From positions 4,398 through 68,397 of the forward strand of contig CAZGOZ010000001.1 of NCBI GenBank assembly GCA_964528025.1: DNA of 64,000 nucleotides, read 5' to 3'. The notes beneath the pieces are model-generated. The model was not told the DNA's origin and searched no databases. It saw nothing but the letters and a program-made list of their open reading frames with translations. Position 1 is the stretch's first letter. Each line of letters begins with the position of its first letter. This DNA comes from an uncultured Planctomycetia bacterium. Its GTDB lineage: Bacteria > Omnitrophota > Gorgyraeia > Tantalellales > Tantalellaceae. A program made the translations under genes and the position numbers. Positions 20,147 to 32,300 of this stretch are shown here, one piece after another.

Positions 20147-20559
20147 GCCCGTCCTCCTCTTGATACAAATTTTGTCTTCATCGGAAGCTTATGCGCCGAT
20201 AACCGAAAGGCCTCCCTGGCCATGTCATGCGGAACACCTTCCACTTCAAAAATAATCCGCCCTTTTTTCACGGGGGCAACCCATCCAACGGGAGAGCCCT
20301 TCCCCTTGCCCATACGTGTTTCCGCGGCCTGTTTCGTTACGGGCTTATCGGGAAATACCCGAATCCACAACTTGCCGGCTCTTCCGGTCTCCCTCATGAG
20401 AGCCACTCTTGCCGCCTCTATCTGTTTGTCGGTTAACCATGCGGTTGCCAAAGCCTTGAGCCCGAATTCTCCAAAATTAAGTTTTGAAGACAAACTCGTG
20501 CCTTTGCGCCGGCCCCTCTGTTGTTTCCTGAATTTTACCCTCTTGGGCATTAAAGCCAT
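20143..20559 (-). CDS. rplP: 50S ribosomal protein L16
   Basis: [20 protein letters not shown]; start 20559 (upstream extension is repeat-derived). Confidence 0.97.
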   Translation of the reverse strand: MALMPKRVKFRKQQRGRRKGTSLSSKLNFGEFGLKALATAWLTDKQIEAARVALMRETGRAGKLWIRVFPDKPVTKQAAETRMGKGKGSPVGWVAPVKKGRIIFEVEGVPHDMAREAFRLSAHKLPMKTKFVSRGGRA

Positions 20560-20572
20560 AATGTCGCCCCTT

Positions 20573-20735
20573 AAACAATAATCAAGATACAATAAAATAA
20601 ATGTCAAATGACAAAATTCAAAGCACAAAATAAGCACAAATAACAAAATCCAAAACACAAATAAAAGTTTTGTTATTTGAATTTAAGATTTTGGATTTAT
20701 TTTGGATTTTGTGCTTTGTCATTTGAATTTTGACG
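20573..20735. repeat. 7-nt periodic inverted-repeat element (CAAA subfamily, inverted relative to the 15150 copy)
   Basis: aatgtcaaatgacaaaattcaaagcacaaaat ... ttttggattttgtgctttgtcatttgaattt. Confidence 0.75.
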
Positions 20736-20783
20736 CGTTATCTTCCTTTTTTCACTCTTTTTTCCAGAACCTCAGTAACGCCT

Positions 20784-21467
20784 TCACCTTTGTTTCTTCT
20801 TTTTAACGTCCGTTTCTTCCGGCTCTACGGGAGCATCCAACTTGTCACCTTTGTAGATCCACACCTTCACCCCGATTATTCCGTATGTGGTGCGGGCTTC
20901 ACTGAACCCGTAATCTATGACGGCCCTTATTGTCTGTAGCGGGATCTTGCCCCACTTATAACCTTCAACTCTTGCTATTTCCGCGCCCCCCAGACGTCCG
21001 GAACACTTAATCTTTATGCCTTTCCCACCGGCGTCTTTGTGCGCCTGTATGGTTTTTTTCATCGCACGCCGGAAAGCGATCCTTTTCACGAGCTGCAGTG
21101 CGATATTATCAGAGACGATCTTCGCGTCCAGTCCGGGATTTGCCACCTCTTTGATATCAATAAAAAGTTTTGCCCGATCCCCTACGATATTCTGTACGGA
21201 TTCTTTAAGCAGCTCGATCTGAGCACCCTTCCGCCCTATCAGTATTCCCGGCCGTCCGGAAAAAATAGCAACACGCACGAGGTTACGCGTGCGCATTATA
21301 TCTACATGAGATATCAGAGCCGCGAACATCTCTTTTTCTATTAATTTGCGTATTCGCGTGTCCTGCAGCAGTTTGTCCGCGAACTCTTCTTTCGTGGCGT
21401 ACCAACGACTGTTCCAGTCACGTCCCGCTCCCAGACGAAAACTTATCGGATTGACCTTCTGCCCCAT
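20784..21467 (-). CDS. rpsC: 30S ribosomal protein S3
   Basis: MGQKVNP, SGRLGGAEIAR, YGIIGVKVWIYKG. Confidence 0.97.
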   Translation of the reverse strand: MGQKVNPISFRLGAGRDWNSRWYATKEEFADKLLQDTRIRKLIEKEMFAALISHVDIMRTRNLVRVAIFSGRPGILIGRKGAQIELLKESVQNIVGDRAKLFIDIKEVANPGLDAKIVSDNIALQLVKRIAFRRAMKKTIQAHKDAGGKGIKIKCSGRLGGAEIARVEGYKWGKIPLQTIRAVIDYGFSEARTTYGIIGVKVWIYKGDKLDAPVEPEETDVKKKKQR

Positions 21468-21468
21468 G

Positions 21469-21852
21469 CTATTTACTCCCTGACTTTATTTTTTTGTTTT
21501 TCTTAGCAGGCACAACTGCCTTATCCAGTTCAACCCGAATATGCGTTGTCCTGTGCCTTATAGGCGCGGCGCGTCCCATTGTCGCTGCTCTGAAACGTTT
21601 AAGCATGTAGGCGCCGTCTGCCATTATTGTTGAGATCATCACGTCTTTAGCAAGTAGTTTCTCCTGCCGCTTAAAATTTGCGTTGGCAAAAGCCGAGTCC
21701 AAGACCTTCCTTATAGGCACGCAGGCACTCTTCGGGGTATTATCCAGAATAGCTCTCGCCATTTCAATCGTTTTGCCCCTTACCAGGTCAACGACCAGTC
21801 TTGTCTTACGTGTCGATATCCTGACGTATCTGGCTTCCGCTTTTGCAATCAT
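21469..21852 (-). CDS. rplV: 50S ribosomal protein L22
   Basis: RKTRLVVDLVRGK, SAFANA, RTTHI. Confidence 0.96.
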   Translation of the reverse strand: MIAKAEARYVRISTRKTRLVVDLVRGKTIEMARAILDNTPKSACVPIRKVLDSAFANANFKRQEKLLAKDVMISTIMADGAYMLKRFRAATMGRAAPIRHRTTHIRVELDKAVVPAKKNKKIKSGSK

Positions 21853-22136
21853 TATGTTTTCTCCAATGAAACTTTCGTCGCTGCTCCGTGGCTGCGAAAC
21901 TTACGCGTCGCCGCGAACTCACCCAATTTATGACCTACCATATTCTCCGTTATAAACAGAGCGATGAAGGTCTTTCCGTTATGCACGGAAATTGTCAAAC
22001 CTACGAAATCAGGTAATACAACAGACCTTCTGGACCAGGTCTTTATCGGCTTCTTGCTGCCGGTTTCCGCCCTTTTTCGCACCTTTTTCAAGAGACTCTC
22101 GTCCACAAAAGGGCCTTTTTTGGTAGAACGCGACAT
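21852..22136 (-). CDS. rpsS: 30S ribosomal protein S19
   Basis: [26 protein letters not shown]. Confidence 0.97.
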   Translation of the reverse strand: MSRSTKKGPFVDESLLKKVRKRAETGSKKPIKTWSRRSVVLPDFVGLTISVHNGKTFIALFITENMVGHKLGEFAATRKFRSHGAATKVSLEKT

Positions 22137-22139
22137 ATC

Positions 22140-22964
22140 TTACTTCCTCCGTTTGATTATCTTACTGCTTGACGCTTTCTTCTTTTTCCGCGTCTTTAAA
22201 CCTTTGGTAATCTTACCCCACGGCGTAACCGGATGTCTTCCGCCGGAGGATTTTCCTTCACCGCCACCCATGGGGTGGTCAACCGGGTTTTTTACCACGG
22301 CTCTGGATTTCGGCCGTATTCCACGATGTCTTGATCTACCGGCTTTTCCTAAAGAGATATTTTCATGTTCGGCGTTTCCCACTTTTCCGATTGAAGCGTA
22401 ACATCCCTCGTTAACCAGCCGGACTTCCCCGCTCGGCATGCGCAGGTGTATGTTTTTTCCGTCCTTTGCGTCAACCATGGCGCCATTGCCCGCTGATCTG
22501 GCTATCTTCGCGCCGCAACCCGGTTCCATTTCAATACAATAAACTTCCGCCCCAAGAGGAACATTTTTGAGCGGCATTGAATTCCCTATTTCTATCTTCG
22601 CCGTGGGACCGCACTGAATTGTGCCGCCGACCTTGATCTGCGCAGGCGCGATTACATACATCAGTTGCCCATCCTCATACTTCACTAGCGCGATACGCGC
22701 CGAACGGTTCGGATCATACTCCACCGCCGCAACAACTCCCTGAATGCCTTTTTTCATATAACGAAAATCTACGAGACGATACCGTCTCTTGTGACCGCCC
22801 CCTATGCCTCTCGAGGTTATACGGCCACGATTATTTCTTCCGCCCGTTTTCCGCAGCGCTCGCGTGAGAGATCTTTCCGGACGTTTTTTTGTGATATCAC
22901 TAAAATCAGAAACGTTCCCGCCGCGGGTGCCGGGTGTCATTGCTTTATATTTTCTTATACCCAT
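22140..22964 (-). CDS. rplB: 50S ribosomal protein L2
   Basis: GGRNNRGRIT, EYDPNRSA, NPVDHPMGGGEG. Confidence 0.98.
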   Translation of the reverse strand: MGIRKYKAMTPGTRGGNVSDFSDITKKRPERSLTRALRKTGGRNNRGRITSRGIGGGHKRRYRLVDFRYMKKGIQGVVAAVEYDPNRSARIALVKYEDGQLMYVIAPAQIKVGGTIQCGPTAKIEIGNSMPLKNVPLGAEVYCIEMEPGCGAKIARSAGNGAMVDAKDGKNIHLRMPSGEVRLVNEGCYASIGKVGNAEHENISLGKAGRSRHRGIRPKSRAVVKNPVDHPMGGGEGKSSGGRHPVTPWGKITKGLKTRKKKKASSSKIIKRRK

Positions 22965-22967
22965 AAG

Positions 22968-23246
22968 TTATGTTACCTCTATCGTGCTTCCGGATTTCAG
23001 CGTCACAATGGCCTTTTTCCACGAGGCCGTCATACCCTCGTGAAGCCTTACCCGTCTTCTTTTTCCTTTGATGTTCATCACGTGGACCTTATCCACTTTA
23101 ACGTTGTAAATCTCCTCCACAGCTTTTCTTATCTCCACCTTGTTGGATCGTTTATCAACCTTGAATAGGTGCTTGTTCTGCGAACCCATCCCTGACCCTT
23201 TTTCGGTCCGTAATATATTTTTTATGACATCGTGTGTCGTTCTCAT
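22968..23246 (-). CDS. rplW: 50S ribosomal protein L23
   Basis: TEK, NKVEIRKAVE, WKKAIVTL. Confidence 0.95.
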   Translation of the reverse strand: MRTTHDVIKNILRTEKGSGMGSQNKHLFKVDKRSNKVEIRKAVEEIYNVKVDKVHVMNIKGKRRRVRLHEGMTASWKKAIVTLKSGSTIEVT

Positions 23247-23902
23247 TTTAATTTTTCACCCAAGTTTTCAAGCGCCGTTTTTTCCACCAAAATACACCCG
23301 TTCAACAAAACATCTCTCACATTTATATTCTTTCCCTCTTTCAGGCTCACCCGTTTCAGGTTGCCTGAAGAACGTTTTACATCCTTGGTTATGGCCTCAA
23401 CCACAACAAGCACTTTTCCTTCCACCTTCAGATTATCAAGAATCGCCTTGAACGCACTGGTCTTGGGCTTATCCAGCTTGATTTCTACCACCGCTTTCAC
23501 CATATTTTCGGACAGTCTGGCGTTCAGACCGGATATCAACGCTTTTTTCAGCGCTTTTTTCGGCATGGAATACGAAAAATCACGCGGTCTCGGACCAAAT
23601 GCCACGCCGCCGTGACGCCAGACAGGATTTCTGGAGGACCCGACCCTGGCTCGACCGGTACCTTTCTGTTTCCATGGTTTTGCTCCGCCGCCCGAAACCT
23701 CGCTCCTCGTTTTAGACGAAGCAGTTCCTCGGCGGCAATTCGCTTCATACATCTTCTTCGCTTCATAAAGAAGCGTTTGATTAACACGACCGTCAAACAC
23801 CTCTTCATCCAGCTGTATTTTATCAACGGCCTTGCCATCCAGACCAAAAACATCCAGCCTTGTATTAAACTCTTTTATTTTCCGCTCTTTATTTCTTTTC
23901 AT
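23243..23902 (-). CDS. rplD: 50S ribosomal protein L4
   Basis: RSEVSGGGAKPWKQKGTGRARVGS, GGVAFGP; start set to ATG 23902. Confidence 0.95.
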   Translation of the reverse strand: MKRNKERKIKEFNTRLDVFGLDGKAVDKIQLDEEVFDGRVNQTLLYEAKKMYEANCRRGTASSKTRSEVSGGGAKPWKQKGTGRARVGSSRNPVWRHGGVAFGPRPRDFSYSMPKKALKKALISGLNARLSENMVKAVVEIKLDKPKTSAFKAILDNLKVEGKVLVVVEAITKDVKRSSGNLKRVSLKEGKNINVRDVLLNGCILVEKTALENLGEKLK

Positions 23903-24605
23903 CGTTCGGCTTTTCTGCTGTTTTTTCTTCTGTTTTTCCCTCGGCCTTTTCTTCTTTCTTCTCGCGCGCCGCAAGGGTTTTCTTTTTAGCGTACCGAAGA
24001 ATAAGATACGTGCCGTTCGCTCCGGGAATAGCGCCTTTAACCGCAATCGTGTTATTGGCGGCATCCGTCTCAACAATCTGGACATTCTGAATTGTAGTTC
24101 GCACGTTCCCCATATGACCCGGCATGCTTTGTCCTTTAAAAACGCGCGATGGATAAGAACTGGCGCCTATGGAACCCGGCGCGCGGTGCGACATTGATCC
24201 ATGCGACTCCGGTCCACCGTTCCAGTTGTGTCTTTTCATGCCACCCTGAAAACCTTTTCCCTTTGAAAGGCCGGTGATATCCAGGAAATCGCCTTTTTGA
24301 AAAATCCCGAGCGTTACCTCATCTCCGACTTTTACTTCCAAATCTTCGTCACACCTTATTTCCCGGACAAATCCCTTCGGTTTCAGATTACGGGCCTTGA
24401 GATCTTCTCTCTGGGGTTTTTTAAGACGTTTTTCCTTTACGTCTTCATACCCCATACAAACGGCATTATATCCGTCTTTCTTCGGGGTCTTTACTGCCTG
24501 CACGGAACAGGGGCCCGCTTTCACGACCGTAACAGGCGTTCTTCTGCCGTCTTCCCCGAATATCTGTGTCATGCCTATTTTTTTTCCAAGTATTCCCGGA
24601 ACCAT
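23889..24605 (-). CDS. rplC: 50S ribosomal protein L3
   Basis: [32 protein letters not shown]. Confidence 0.97.
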   Translation of the reverse strand: MVPGILGKKIGMTQIFGEDGRRTPVTVVKAGPCSVQAVKTPKKDGYNAVCMGYEDVKEKRLKKPQREDLKARNLKPKGFVREIRCDEDLEVKVGDEVTLGIFQKGDFLDITGLSKGKGFQGGMKRHNWNGGPESHGSMSHRAPGSIGASSYPSRVFKGQSMPGHMGNVRTTIQNVQIVETDAANNTIAVKGAIPGANGTYLILRYAKKKTLAAREKKEEKAEGKTEEKTAEKPNDEKK

Positions 24606-24641
24606 TCAATTACCCCACTATTTTAAGTACAAATATCTTCT

Positions 24642-24745
24642 TAAAATTCAAATGACAAAGCTCAAAATTCAAAATAAATCCAAAATCTTAAATTCCAATG
24701 CCCAAACTTTTATTTTGTGCTTTGAATTTTGACATTTGTCATTAT
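24642..24745. repeat. 7-nt periodic inverted-repeat element (CAAA subfamily)
   Basis: aaattcaaatgacaaagctcaaaattcaaaataaatcc ... ttttgtgctttgaattttgacatttgtca, abutting rpsJ stop. Confidence 0.75.
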
Positions 24746-25059
24746 TTTATCTCTACATCTACACCGGCCGGAAGATCCAGCTTGCGCAAAGAGTCTATCG
24801 TCCTTGCTGTGGAATCCACGATATCCAGAAGCCTTTTATGCGTTTTGAGTTCAAACTGCTCCCGTGATTTTTTGTCCACATTCGGCGACCTTAAAACAGT
24901 ATAAAGCTCACGTCTGGTCGGAATCGGCACCGGACCCACCACGGTTGCACCGGTTTTCTTGACCGTCTCCACTATTTCTGCCATTGACACGTCAAGAAGC
25001 TTATGGTCAAACGACTTCAAGCGTAAACGTATCCTTGCTGTTTTTATTTTCTTAGCCAT
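24742..25059 (-). CDS. rpsJ: 30S ribosomal protein S10
   Basis: [23 protein letters not shown]. Confidence 0.97.
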   Translation of the reverse strand: MAKKIKTARIRLRLKSFDHKLLDVSMAEIVETVKKTGATVVGPVPIPTRRELYTVLRSPNVDKKSREQFELKTHKRLLDIVDSTARTIDSLRKLDLPAGVDVEIK

Positions 25060-25077
25060 TTTATCCTCGCTCCGTTA

Positions 25078-26274
25078 TCAGGCAATCACTTCCGAGACTA
25101 CTCCCGCTCCTACAGTGCGGCCGCCTTCACGTATCGCAAATCTTAACTCTTTTTCCAACGCTACCGGCGATATGAGTTCCACTTCTATCGTGACGTTATC
25201 TCCGGGCATTACCATCTCTACCCCTTCGGGTAGCTTTGCCACTCCCGTTACATCCGTTGTCCGGATATAAAACTGCGGCCGGTATCCGTTAAAAAACGGC
25301 GTGTGCCGCCCGCCTTCTTCCTTGCTCAATATATATACTTCCGCTTTGAATTTTGTATGCGGTGTGATCGTTCCCGGCGCCGCAAGCACCTGTCCTCTTT
25401 CCAGGTCTGTCTTCTCTATGCCGCGCAAGAGCACTCCCACGTTATCTCCCGCTTGACCTGAATCCAACAGCTTACGGAACATCTCTATTCCCGTTACCGT
25501 CGTCTTCCTCGTCGCGCCGAGACCCACTATCTCAATCTCTTCGCCCACTTTTACCTGGCCCCGTTCTATCCTTCCGGTGCCCACTGTTCCTCTTCCCGTT
25601 ATGCTGAACACGTCTTCAACGGGCATCAGAAACGGTTTGTCTATATCTCGCACCGGCTGAGGTATAAACGTGTCCACCGCGTCCATAAGCTCGCCTATAA
25701 ACTTGCAATCCTCACTGTCCAACGCGCCTTTCGCTTCCATCGCCTTTAACGCGCTGCCCTTGATTATCGGCGTATCATCGCCCGGGAAATCATATTTGCT
25801 TAAGAGTTCCCTTACCTCAAGTTCTACGAGGTCCAGAAGCTCTTTGTCGTCTACCATGTCCACCTTGTTCATGAACACAACCAGCGCCGGCACGTTTACC
25901 TGTCTGGCCAGTAATATGTGCTCTCGTGTCTGCGGCATCGGACCGTCAGCCGCCGATACCACCAATATCGCTCCGTCCATCTGGGCCGCTCCCGTGATCA
26001 TGTTCTTGATGTAATCCGCGTGCCCGGGACAATCTATATGCGCATAATGTCTTTTATCCGTCTCGTATTCCACGTGCGCTACCGCGATTGTTATGCCTCG
26101 TTCCTTCTCTTCGGGCGCCTTATCAATCGTATCAAACGCGCGTATTTCCGCCTGCCCCTTGTTCGCCAGGTACATCGTGATCGCGGCTGTGAGTGTCGTC
26201 TTGCCGTGGTCTACGTGCCCTATCGTTCCAATGTTCAAATGCGGCTTTGTTCTCTCAAATTTTTTCTTGGCCAT
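25078..26274 (-). CDS. tuf: Elongation factor Tu (copy after fusA)
   Basis: [21 protein letters not shown]. Confidence 0.99.
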   Translation of the reverse strand: MAKKKFERTKPHLNIGTIGHVDHGKTTLTAAITMYLANKGQAEIRAFDTIDKAPEEKERGITIAVAHVEYETDKRHYAHIDCPGHADYIKNMITGAAQMDGAILVVSAADGPMPQTREHILLARQVNVPALVVFMNKVDMVDDKELLDLVELEVRELLSKYDFPGDDTPIIKGSALKAMEAKGALDSEDCKFIGELMDAVDTFIPQPVRDIDKPFLMPVEDVFSITGRGTVGTGRIERGQVKVGEEIEIVGLGATRKTTVTGIEMFRKLLDSGQAGDNVGVLLRGIEKTDLERGQVLAAPGTITPHTKFKAEVYILSKEEGGRHTPFFNGYRPQFYIRTTDVTGVAKLPEGVEMVMPGDNVTIEVELISPVALEKELRFAIREGGRTVGAGVVSEVIA

Positions 26275-26334
26275 TTTTTGCCTCCTTAAAAAGTCGTTAT
26301 ATGCCGTCTCTCTTATACTTACACTATAAAAACA

Positions 26335-28407
26335 CTATTTTTCCGGCGTGCCTGTAATAACCTTCTCCATTATGTTTTTAGGCACTTCCTTGTAAAACGA
26401 AGGCTCCATTGTATACGTTGCCCTACCTTGTGTCAAGCTTCTTAAGGCCGTTGCGTAACCGAACATTTGCGCAAGCGGAGCGGCGCCGGATATTATCTTT
26501 GTCGTCGCTTTCTGCTCAATGTTTTCTACCTTAATTCTTCTCATATTCATGTCCCCGATAACGTCCCCGAGATACTCATCCGGCGTTGTTACTTCAAGCT
26601 GCATTATGGGTTCCAGAAGAACAGGTTTTGCTTGCTGAACCCCCGCTTTCATCGCTATCGATGCGGCGCTGTTAAAGGCCAGTTCCGAGGAATCAACATC
26701 ATGATAAGACCCATCGTAAAGAACGACTTTAATGTCGGTAACGGGATATCCCGCGATGGCTCCCGTCTTTGCGGCGTTTCTGACGCCCTGTTCAATCGCC
26801 TTGAAATATTCCCTCGGAATGCTGCCGCCTTTTATCTTTTGCTCGAATACGACGCCTTCGCCTTTTTCTGACGGCCCAATTTTCAATTCAACGTGCCCAT
26901 ACTGACCGTGTCCGCCTGTTTGCTGTATAAACTTGCCCGTTGACTCAACCTGTTGGGTTACGGTTTCACGATATGCCACCTGCGGACTGCCGACGTTCGC
27001 GCCTACCTTAAACTCCCTTTTCAACCTATCAATAAGAATCTCTAAATGAAGTTCACCCATACCGCTGATAATCGTCTGTCCCGTCTCCTCGTTATATTTG
27101 ACCTTAAAGGAAGGGTCTTCGGTCTCAAGCTTTTTAAGCGCCATTCCCAGTTTGTCCTGATCAGCCCTGGTCTCCGGTTCTATCGACATAGAAATAACTG
27201 TCTCCGGATATTTTATTCTATCAAGCGCCATCGGATGCTTTTCTTCGCAAAGTGTATGCGCTGTGGACGTCGCCTTAAGCCCTGCCAGACCGACTATCTG
27301 GCCCGGACCGGCTGACGTAATAATCTCTCTCTGGTCGGCATGCATGCGGACAATCTTCGCCACCCGTTCCCGTTTTTCCGTAGTCGTGTTAAAAACATAC
27401 GTTCCCGACTCCAGCTTGCCCGAATAGATACGCACGAAAGTCACTGACCCCACGAAAGGATCCGTCATGACCTTATATGCATACGCGCAAAGAGGACTTT
27501 TCTCTTCGGGAACTATTGTGATTTCCTCCCCCGTATCGGGGTGCACAGCCTTCGGAGCTGCCACATCCAGCGGAGACGGCAGATAATCACAGACGGCATC
27601 CAGGACAAACTTCATGCCCTTGTTCTTCAGGGCGGATCCGCACATGACGGGAATGAATTTATTTTTGCTCGTAATCCTTCTTATATGTTTCTTGAGATCC
27701 TCGGGATAGATACCCGTATCTGTCAAATAGAGTTCTTCAACTTCAGAGTCCACGTCCGCAAGTTTTTCTATGAGATTGTGTCTCCAGTGGCTGGTAATCT
27801 CCTTCATGTCCTCGGGAATTTCCTGCTCCACCGCATCCTTGAGATCCCCCTCTTCGTCAAACATGTATGCCTTGCATTTTATAAGGTCTATCACCCCGCA
27901 AAATTTATCTTCTTTTCCGATCGGTATCTGTATCGGTGTCGCATTGGCGCCCAGCTTTTTATGCATGTCTATAATAACCTTGTAAAAGTCGGCTCCGACA
28001 CGGTCTATCTTGTTTATAAGCGCTATCCGGGGTATGTCGTAATGGTCGGCCTGACGCCATACTGTTTCTGTCTGCGGCTGAACGCCGCCAACGGCGCAGA
28101 AAACGACAAGCACACCGTCAAGCACCTTGAGAGAACGCTCTACCTCAATCGTGAAATCCACGTGCCCGGGTGTATCTATAATATTAATATTTTTGTCCTG
28201 CCACTGACAGGTCGTAACGGCGCTGGTTATGGTAATGCCCCGCTCCTGTTCCTGCTCCATCCAGTCCATAACCGCCGTGCCGTCGTGGACTTCACCCATC
28301 TTATGAATCTTACCCGTATGGAAAAGCACTCTTTCCGTAACGGTTGTTTTCCCGGCGTCTATATGCGCGATTATTCCTATATTTCGTATATCTTGTATAT
28401 TTCCCAT
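26335..28407 (-). CDS. fusA: Elongation factor G
   Basis: [36 protein letters not shown]. Confidence 0.98.
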   Translation of the reverse strand: MGNIQDIRNIGIIAHIDAGKTTVTERVLFHTGKIHKMGEVHDGTAVMDWMEQEQERGITITSAVTTCQWQDKNINIIDTPGHVDFTIEVERSLKVLDGVLVVFCAVGGVQPQTETVWRQADHYDIPRIALINKIDRVGADFYKVIIDMHKKLGANATPIQIPIGKEDKFCGVIDLIKCKAYMFDEEGDLKDAVEQEIPEDMKEITSHWRHNLIEKLADVDSEVEELYLTDTGIYPEDLKKHIRRITSKNKFIPVMCGSALKNKGMKFVLDAVCDYLPSPLDVAAPKAVHPDTGEEITIVPEEKSPLCAYAYKVMTDPFVGSVTFVRIYSGKLESGTYVFNTTTEKRERVAKIVRMHADQREIITSAGPGQIVGLAGLKATSTAHTLCEEKHPMALDRIKYPETVISMSIEPETRADQDKLGMALKKLETEDPSFKVKYNEETGQTIISGMGELHLEILIDRLKREFKVGANVGSPQVAYRETVTQQVESTGKFIQQTGGHGQYGHVELKIGPSEKGEGVVFEQKIKGGSIPREYFKAIEQGVRNAAKTGAIAGYPVTDIKVVLYDGSYHDVDSSELAFNSAASIAMKAGVQQAKPVLLEPIMQLEVTTPDEYLGDVIGDMNMRRIKVENIEQKATTKIISGAAPLAQMFGYATALRSLTQGRATYTMEPSFYKEVPKNIMEKVITGTPEK

Positions 28408-28419
28408 AATCTTCCGTTC

Positions 28420-28890
28420 TTACCACCTGTAATGAGCAAATGCCTTATTCGCTTCGGCCATCCTGTGCGTGTCTTCGCGTTTTTTCATCGTTGGCCCTTC
28501 CCTCTTGTAAGCGTTCATTATCTCGTCGGCCAACCTTACCTTCATTGATTTGCCTTTTTGCTGTCTGGCAAAATCCCGTATCCATCTCATGCCTATGAAC
28601 TGCCCGCGATCAACCTTAACCTCAAGCGGCACCTGATACGTGGCGCCCCCTATCCTTCTGGACTTGATTTCCAAGAGCGGGCGCGCGTTCTCAAGCGCCT
28701 GCAGAAATACTTCAAGCGGATCGGCATCCTTAATCTTTTCCTTGATAATATCCAGCGCGCCGTATACGATCTTTTCGGCCACTGATTTCTTCCCGCTTTC
28801 CATTACCATGTTCATAAATTTACCCAAAACTTTACTTTTGAATTTTGGGTCCGGTGATGGTTTGCGTTTTTCCGCTCTGCGCCTTCTCAT
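28420..28890 (-). CDS. rpsG: 30S ribosomal protein S7
   Basis: [21 protein letters not shown]. Confidence 0.98.
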   Translation of the reverse strand: MRRRRAEKRKPSPDPKFKSKVLGKFMNMVMESGKKSVAEKIVYGALDIIKEKIKDADPLEVFLQALENARPLLEIKSRRIGGATYQVPLEVKVDRGQFIGMRWIRDFARQQKGKSMKVRLADEIMNAYKREGPTMKKREDTHRMAEANKAFAHYRW

Positions 28891-28906
28891 TTTTTATCCT
28901 TTTCTG

Positions 28907-29278
28907 TTACTTCGGCCTCTTGGTGCCGTATTTAGATCTGCCTCTTCTCCGGGATTCCACGCCCGAAGCATCCAATCTTCCCCTGATTATGTGATACCTT
29001 ACGCCCGGTAAATCTTTTACCCTGCCGCCCCGTATCGTCACGATGGAGTGCTCCTGAAGATTGTGCCCCTCTCCGGGAATATACGCCGTGACCTCAAGGT
29101 TGTTCGTCAGACGCACTCTCGCGATTTTTCTCAGGGCCGAATTAGGTTTTTTCGGTGTGCGTGTCTTCACCTGAAGACAAACCCCTCTGCGCTGCGGACA
29201 CCCGACGAGCGCCGGCGACTTTGTTTTCGTCCTGATAGCTTTTCTTCCCTTACGTATCAATTGGTTTATTGTCGGCAT
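28907..29278 (-). CDS. rpsL: 30S ribosomal protein S12
   Basis: [31 protein letters not shown]. Confidence 0.99.
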   Translation of the reverse strand: MPTINQLIRKGRKAIRTKTKSPALVGCPQRRGVCLQVKTRTPKKPNSALRKIARVRLTNNLEVTAYIPGEGHNLQEHSIVTIRGGRVKDLPGVRYHIIRGRLDASGVESRRRGRSKYGTKRPK

Positions 29279-29289
29279 TTATTGCTCCT

Positions 29290-29368
29290 TTGCAACACTG
29301 AGAGCTCTGAATTTTCTGAGAACACTGAATTCAGTGCTCTCAGTTCTTTTCAGTGTCCTCAGTGTTAC
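29290..29368. repeat. 9-nt periodic inverted-repeat element overlapping rpoC 3' end
   Basis: tgcaacactgagagctctgaattttctgagaacactgaattcagtgctctcagttctttcagtgtcctcagtgtt. Confidence 0.8.
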
Positions 29369-32300
29369 CTTCTTCTACTTTTTTTATTTCTTCTTTTAAT
29401 ACCTCACGGACCAGCGAGATTTTTCTGTGCTCTTCATATCCCGTTCCCGCTGGTATCAAATGCCCCATGATGATATTCTCTTTCAGTCCCGTCAAATTGT
29501 CCGTTTTTCCGGCTGCGGCCGCTTCCGTCAAAACCCTCGTGGTTTCCTGAAAACTCGCGGCCGAGATAAAACTTTCCGTAGTGAGCGAAGCCTTCGTTAT
29601 GCCCTGAAGAACGGGCTCGGCAGACGCGGGTTTTTTCTTCTTCTTTATCATTCTCTCGTTCTCTTTTTTAAAAATAGTCTTCTCCACTTTATCACCGTCG
29701 AGAAAAATGGTATCCCCGGAGTCCGTTATTTTGACGCTCCTGAGCATCTGTCGGATAATCGTTTCAATATGCTTGTCGTTTATCTGTACGCCCTGCAAAC
29801 GGTATACTTCCTGAATCTCATTAAGAAGATATTCCTGGAGTTTTTTCTCTCCGGAAACCCGCAAGATATCCTGCGGTACCACAGGTCCGTCAACAAGCTG
29901 TTCCCCCGCTGCAACGACATCCCCGCGATATACATTGAGATGCTTACCGTGCGGAATAACATATTCTTTTCTCATCCCCGCTTCACTTTCAACGATTATC
30001 CTTTTCTCACCCTTTTTCGATTCGCCAAACTCAACCGTTCCCGCTATCTCACTGATAATGGAAGGATCTTTCGGTTTTCTGGCCTCAAAAAGTTCAGCCA
30101 CACGCGGTAGACCGCCTGTGATATCCTTTGTCTTTGTCAACACCCTGTGCATCTTGGCAAGTACGTCACCGGCTTTGACCTCTTCCTTGTCCTTGACCGC
30201 AATATGAGCATTGACCGGAAGAGGATAAATCGCCTCAACATCACCCTTTTTGTTCAGGATAAGAAGCTGCGGGTGATAGTCGCCTTTCTGATCGATCACG
30301 ACTCTGTTTTTCACGCCCGTTGCCTCATCCGTCTCAATCTTCATCGTAATATCTTTTTTGATGTCCTCATACTGAACCTTACCGTTAACTTCCGTCAATA
30401 TCGGAATCGTATACGGATCCCACTCGGCGTATTTCATCTTTTTCTTTATGCCCGCGCCGTCCGCATAAAAAACAGAGGACCCTTGCGGAATTATCTGCCG
30501 CTCTATCTCGCGGCCGTCAATCTCGTCGATGCTTATCTGGCCGCTTCTGTTAAGAACAACGAACACGCCCTTCTCCCTGCTCTCAACGACTTTAAGGTTG
30601 TGATATTTTACAACGCCCGGTTCCTTGTTCTTGAAAAAGGACTGCTCTATTATCCTGCTGGCGGTTCCTCCGATGTGAAACGTCCTCATCGTAAGCTGAG
30701 TGCCCGGTTCCCCGATGGACTGCGCCGCAATTATACCAACGGCTTCCCCGGCATCCGCGATCTTTCCGGTAGCGAGATTCCGTCCGTAACATTTTGCGCA
30801 AACTCCCTGTTCCGCTTCACACGTCAGAACGCTTCTGATACGCACGCTTTCCAGCATGGGTATTTTTTCTATTTCCTCGGCCTGTTCATCGCTTATAACT
30901 TCGCCTGATTTAATAACGCTATTCCCTGTGAGGGGATCCGCAATGTTATCCAGCCCGACTCTGCCGGAAATACGTTCCGCGAGGGAAGCAACCACTTCAT
31001 CGCCTTCAATTATGGCCGAGACGGTGATACCGTTGAGTGTTCCGCAGTCAGGCTCACGAATTATAACATCCTGCGCAACGTCAACCAGCCTTCTGGTAAG
31101 ATACCCGGAATCCGCTGTTTTCAACGCCGTGTCAGCCAGTCCTTTACGCGCGCCGTGAGTGGAAATAAAATATTCCAACACTGTCAGGCCTTCTCTAAAA
31201 TTCGCGGTAATGGGAGTTTCAATAATCTCGCCGGAGGGCTTGGCCATGAGTCCCCTCATCCCCGCAAGCTGACGAATCTGCTGCCGTGATCCTCTGGCCC
31301 CGGAATCGGCCATCATGAAAACAGGGTTGAAACTGTCAAGATGGCGAAATACCAGGGCTGAAACGTCTTCGGTGACATGCGTCCATGTGTCAATGATCTT
31401 GTTATATCTTTCACCGTCGGTTATAAGCCCTCTCTGGTATTGACTATGGACCTTATCCACCTCGACTTGCGCAAGAGCCAGTTTTTTAGCCTTTTCCGCG
31501 GGAACACTGAGATCGGAAACAGCCATGGAAGCCCCTGAAAGCGTGGATTCTTCAAACCCAAGCCTCTTGATTTCATCCAGCAACTCAACTGTCGCCGCGT
31601 GCCCCTTTAACCTATAACAATCGGAAATAACCTGACTCACGGCTTTCTTATTCATCGGTTCATTGTAAAAGGGCATCCCTTCGGGAAGGATATCGTTGAA
31701 GATAGCTCTTCCGACGGTGGTCTCTATGAGTTCCCCCTTCACACGGAGTTTTATCTTGGCAAACTTATCAACCTCTTCGTCCTGATAAGCCATTATGACT
31801 TCTTCTTTATCCGCAAATATCTTTCCTTCCCCCTTGGCCTTCATCTTCATTTTGGTGAGATAATACACGCCCAGAACTATATCCTGTGAAGGAGTTGCTA
31901 TCGGACGGCCGTTCGCGGGCGAAAAGATATTATTAGCGGCATTCATTATAAGCCGGGCTTCCATCTGTGCTTCCATAGACAGAGGTAAATGTACCGCCAT
32001 TTGGTCGCCGTCAAAGTCCGCGTTAAACGCGGCGCAGACCAGCGGATGAACGCGTATAGCTTTACCTTCAACCAGTTTGGGCTGAAACGCCTGTATTCCG
32101 AGACGATGCAGGGTCGGAGCCCGGTTTAGCATTACGGGATGGTCTCTGATAACGTCATCAAGTATGTCCCATACCTCGGGGTTTTCCTGCTGGACCATTT
32201 TTTTCGCGCTTTTTATAGTATGGACAAACCCTTTTTCTCTCAGTTTTCTGATAATGAACGGCTGATACAGTTCCAGCGCCATGACCTTGGGTAGTCCGCA

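Noticed and set aside
23903-24085. Long N-terminal extensions in the ORF track (L4, L16, S13, Nth, UvrB, FolP, FtsH, PilZ)
   Set aside because: They overlap upstream genes, promoters or repeats; downstream ATGs fit family lengths better.
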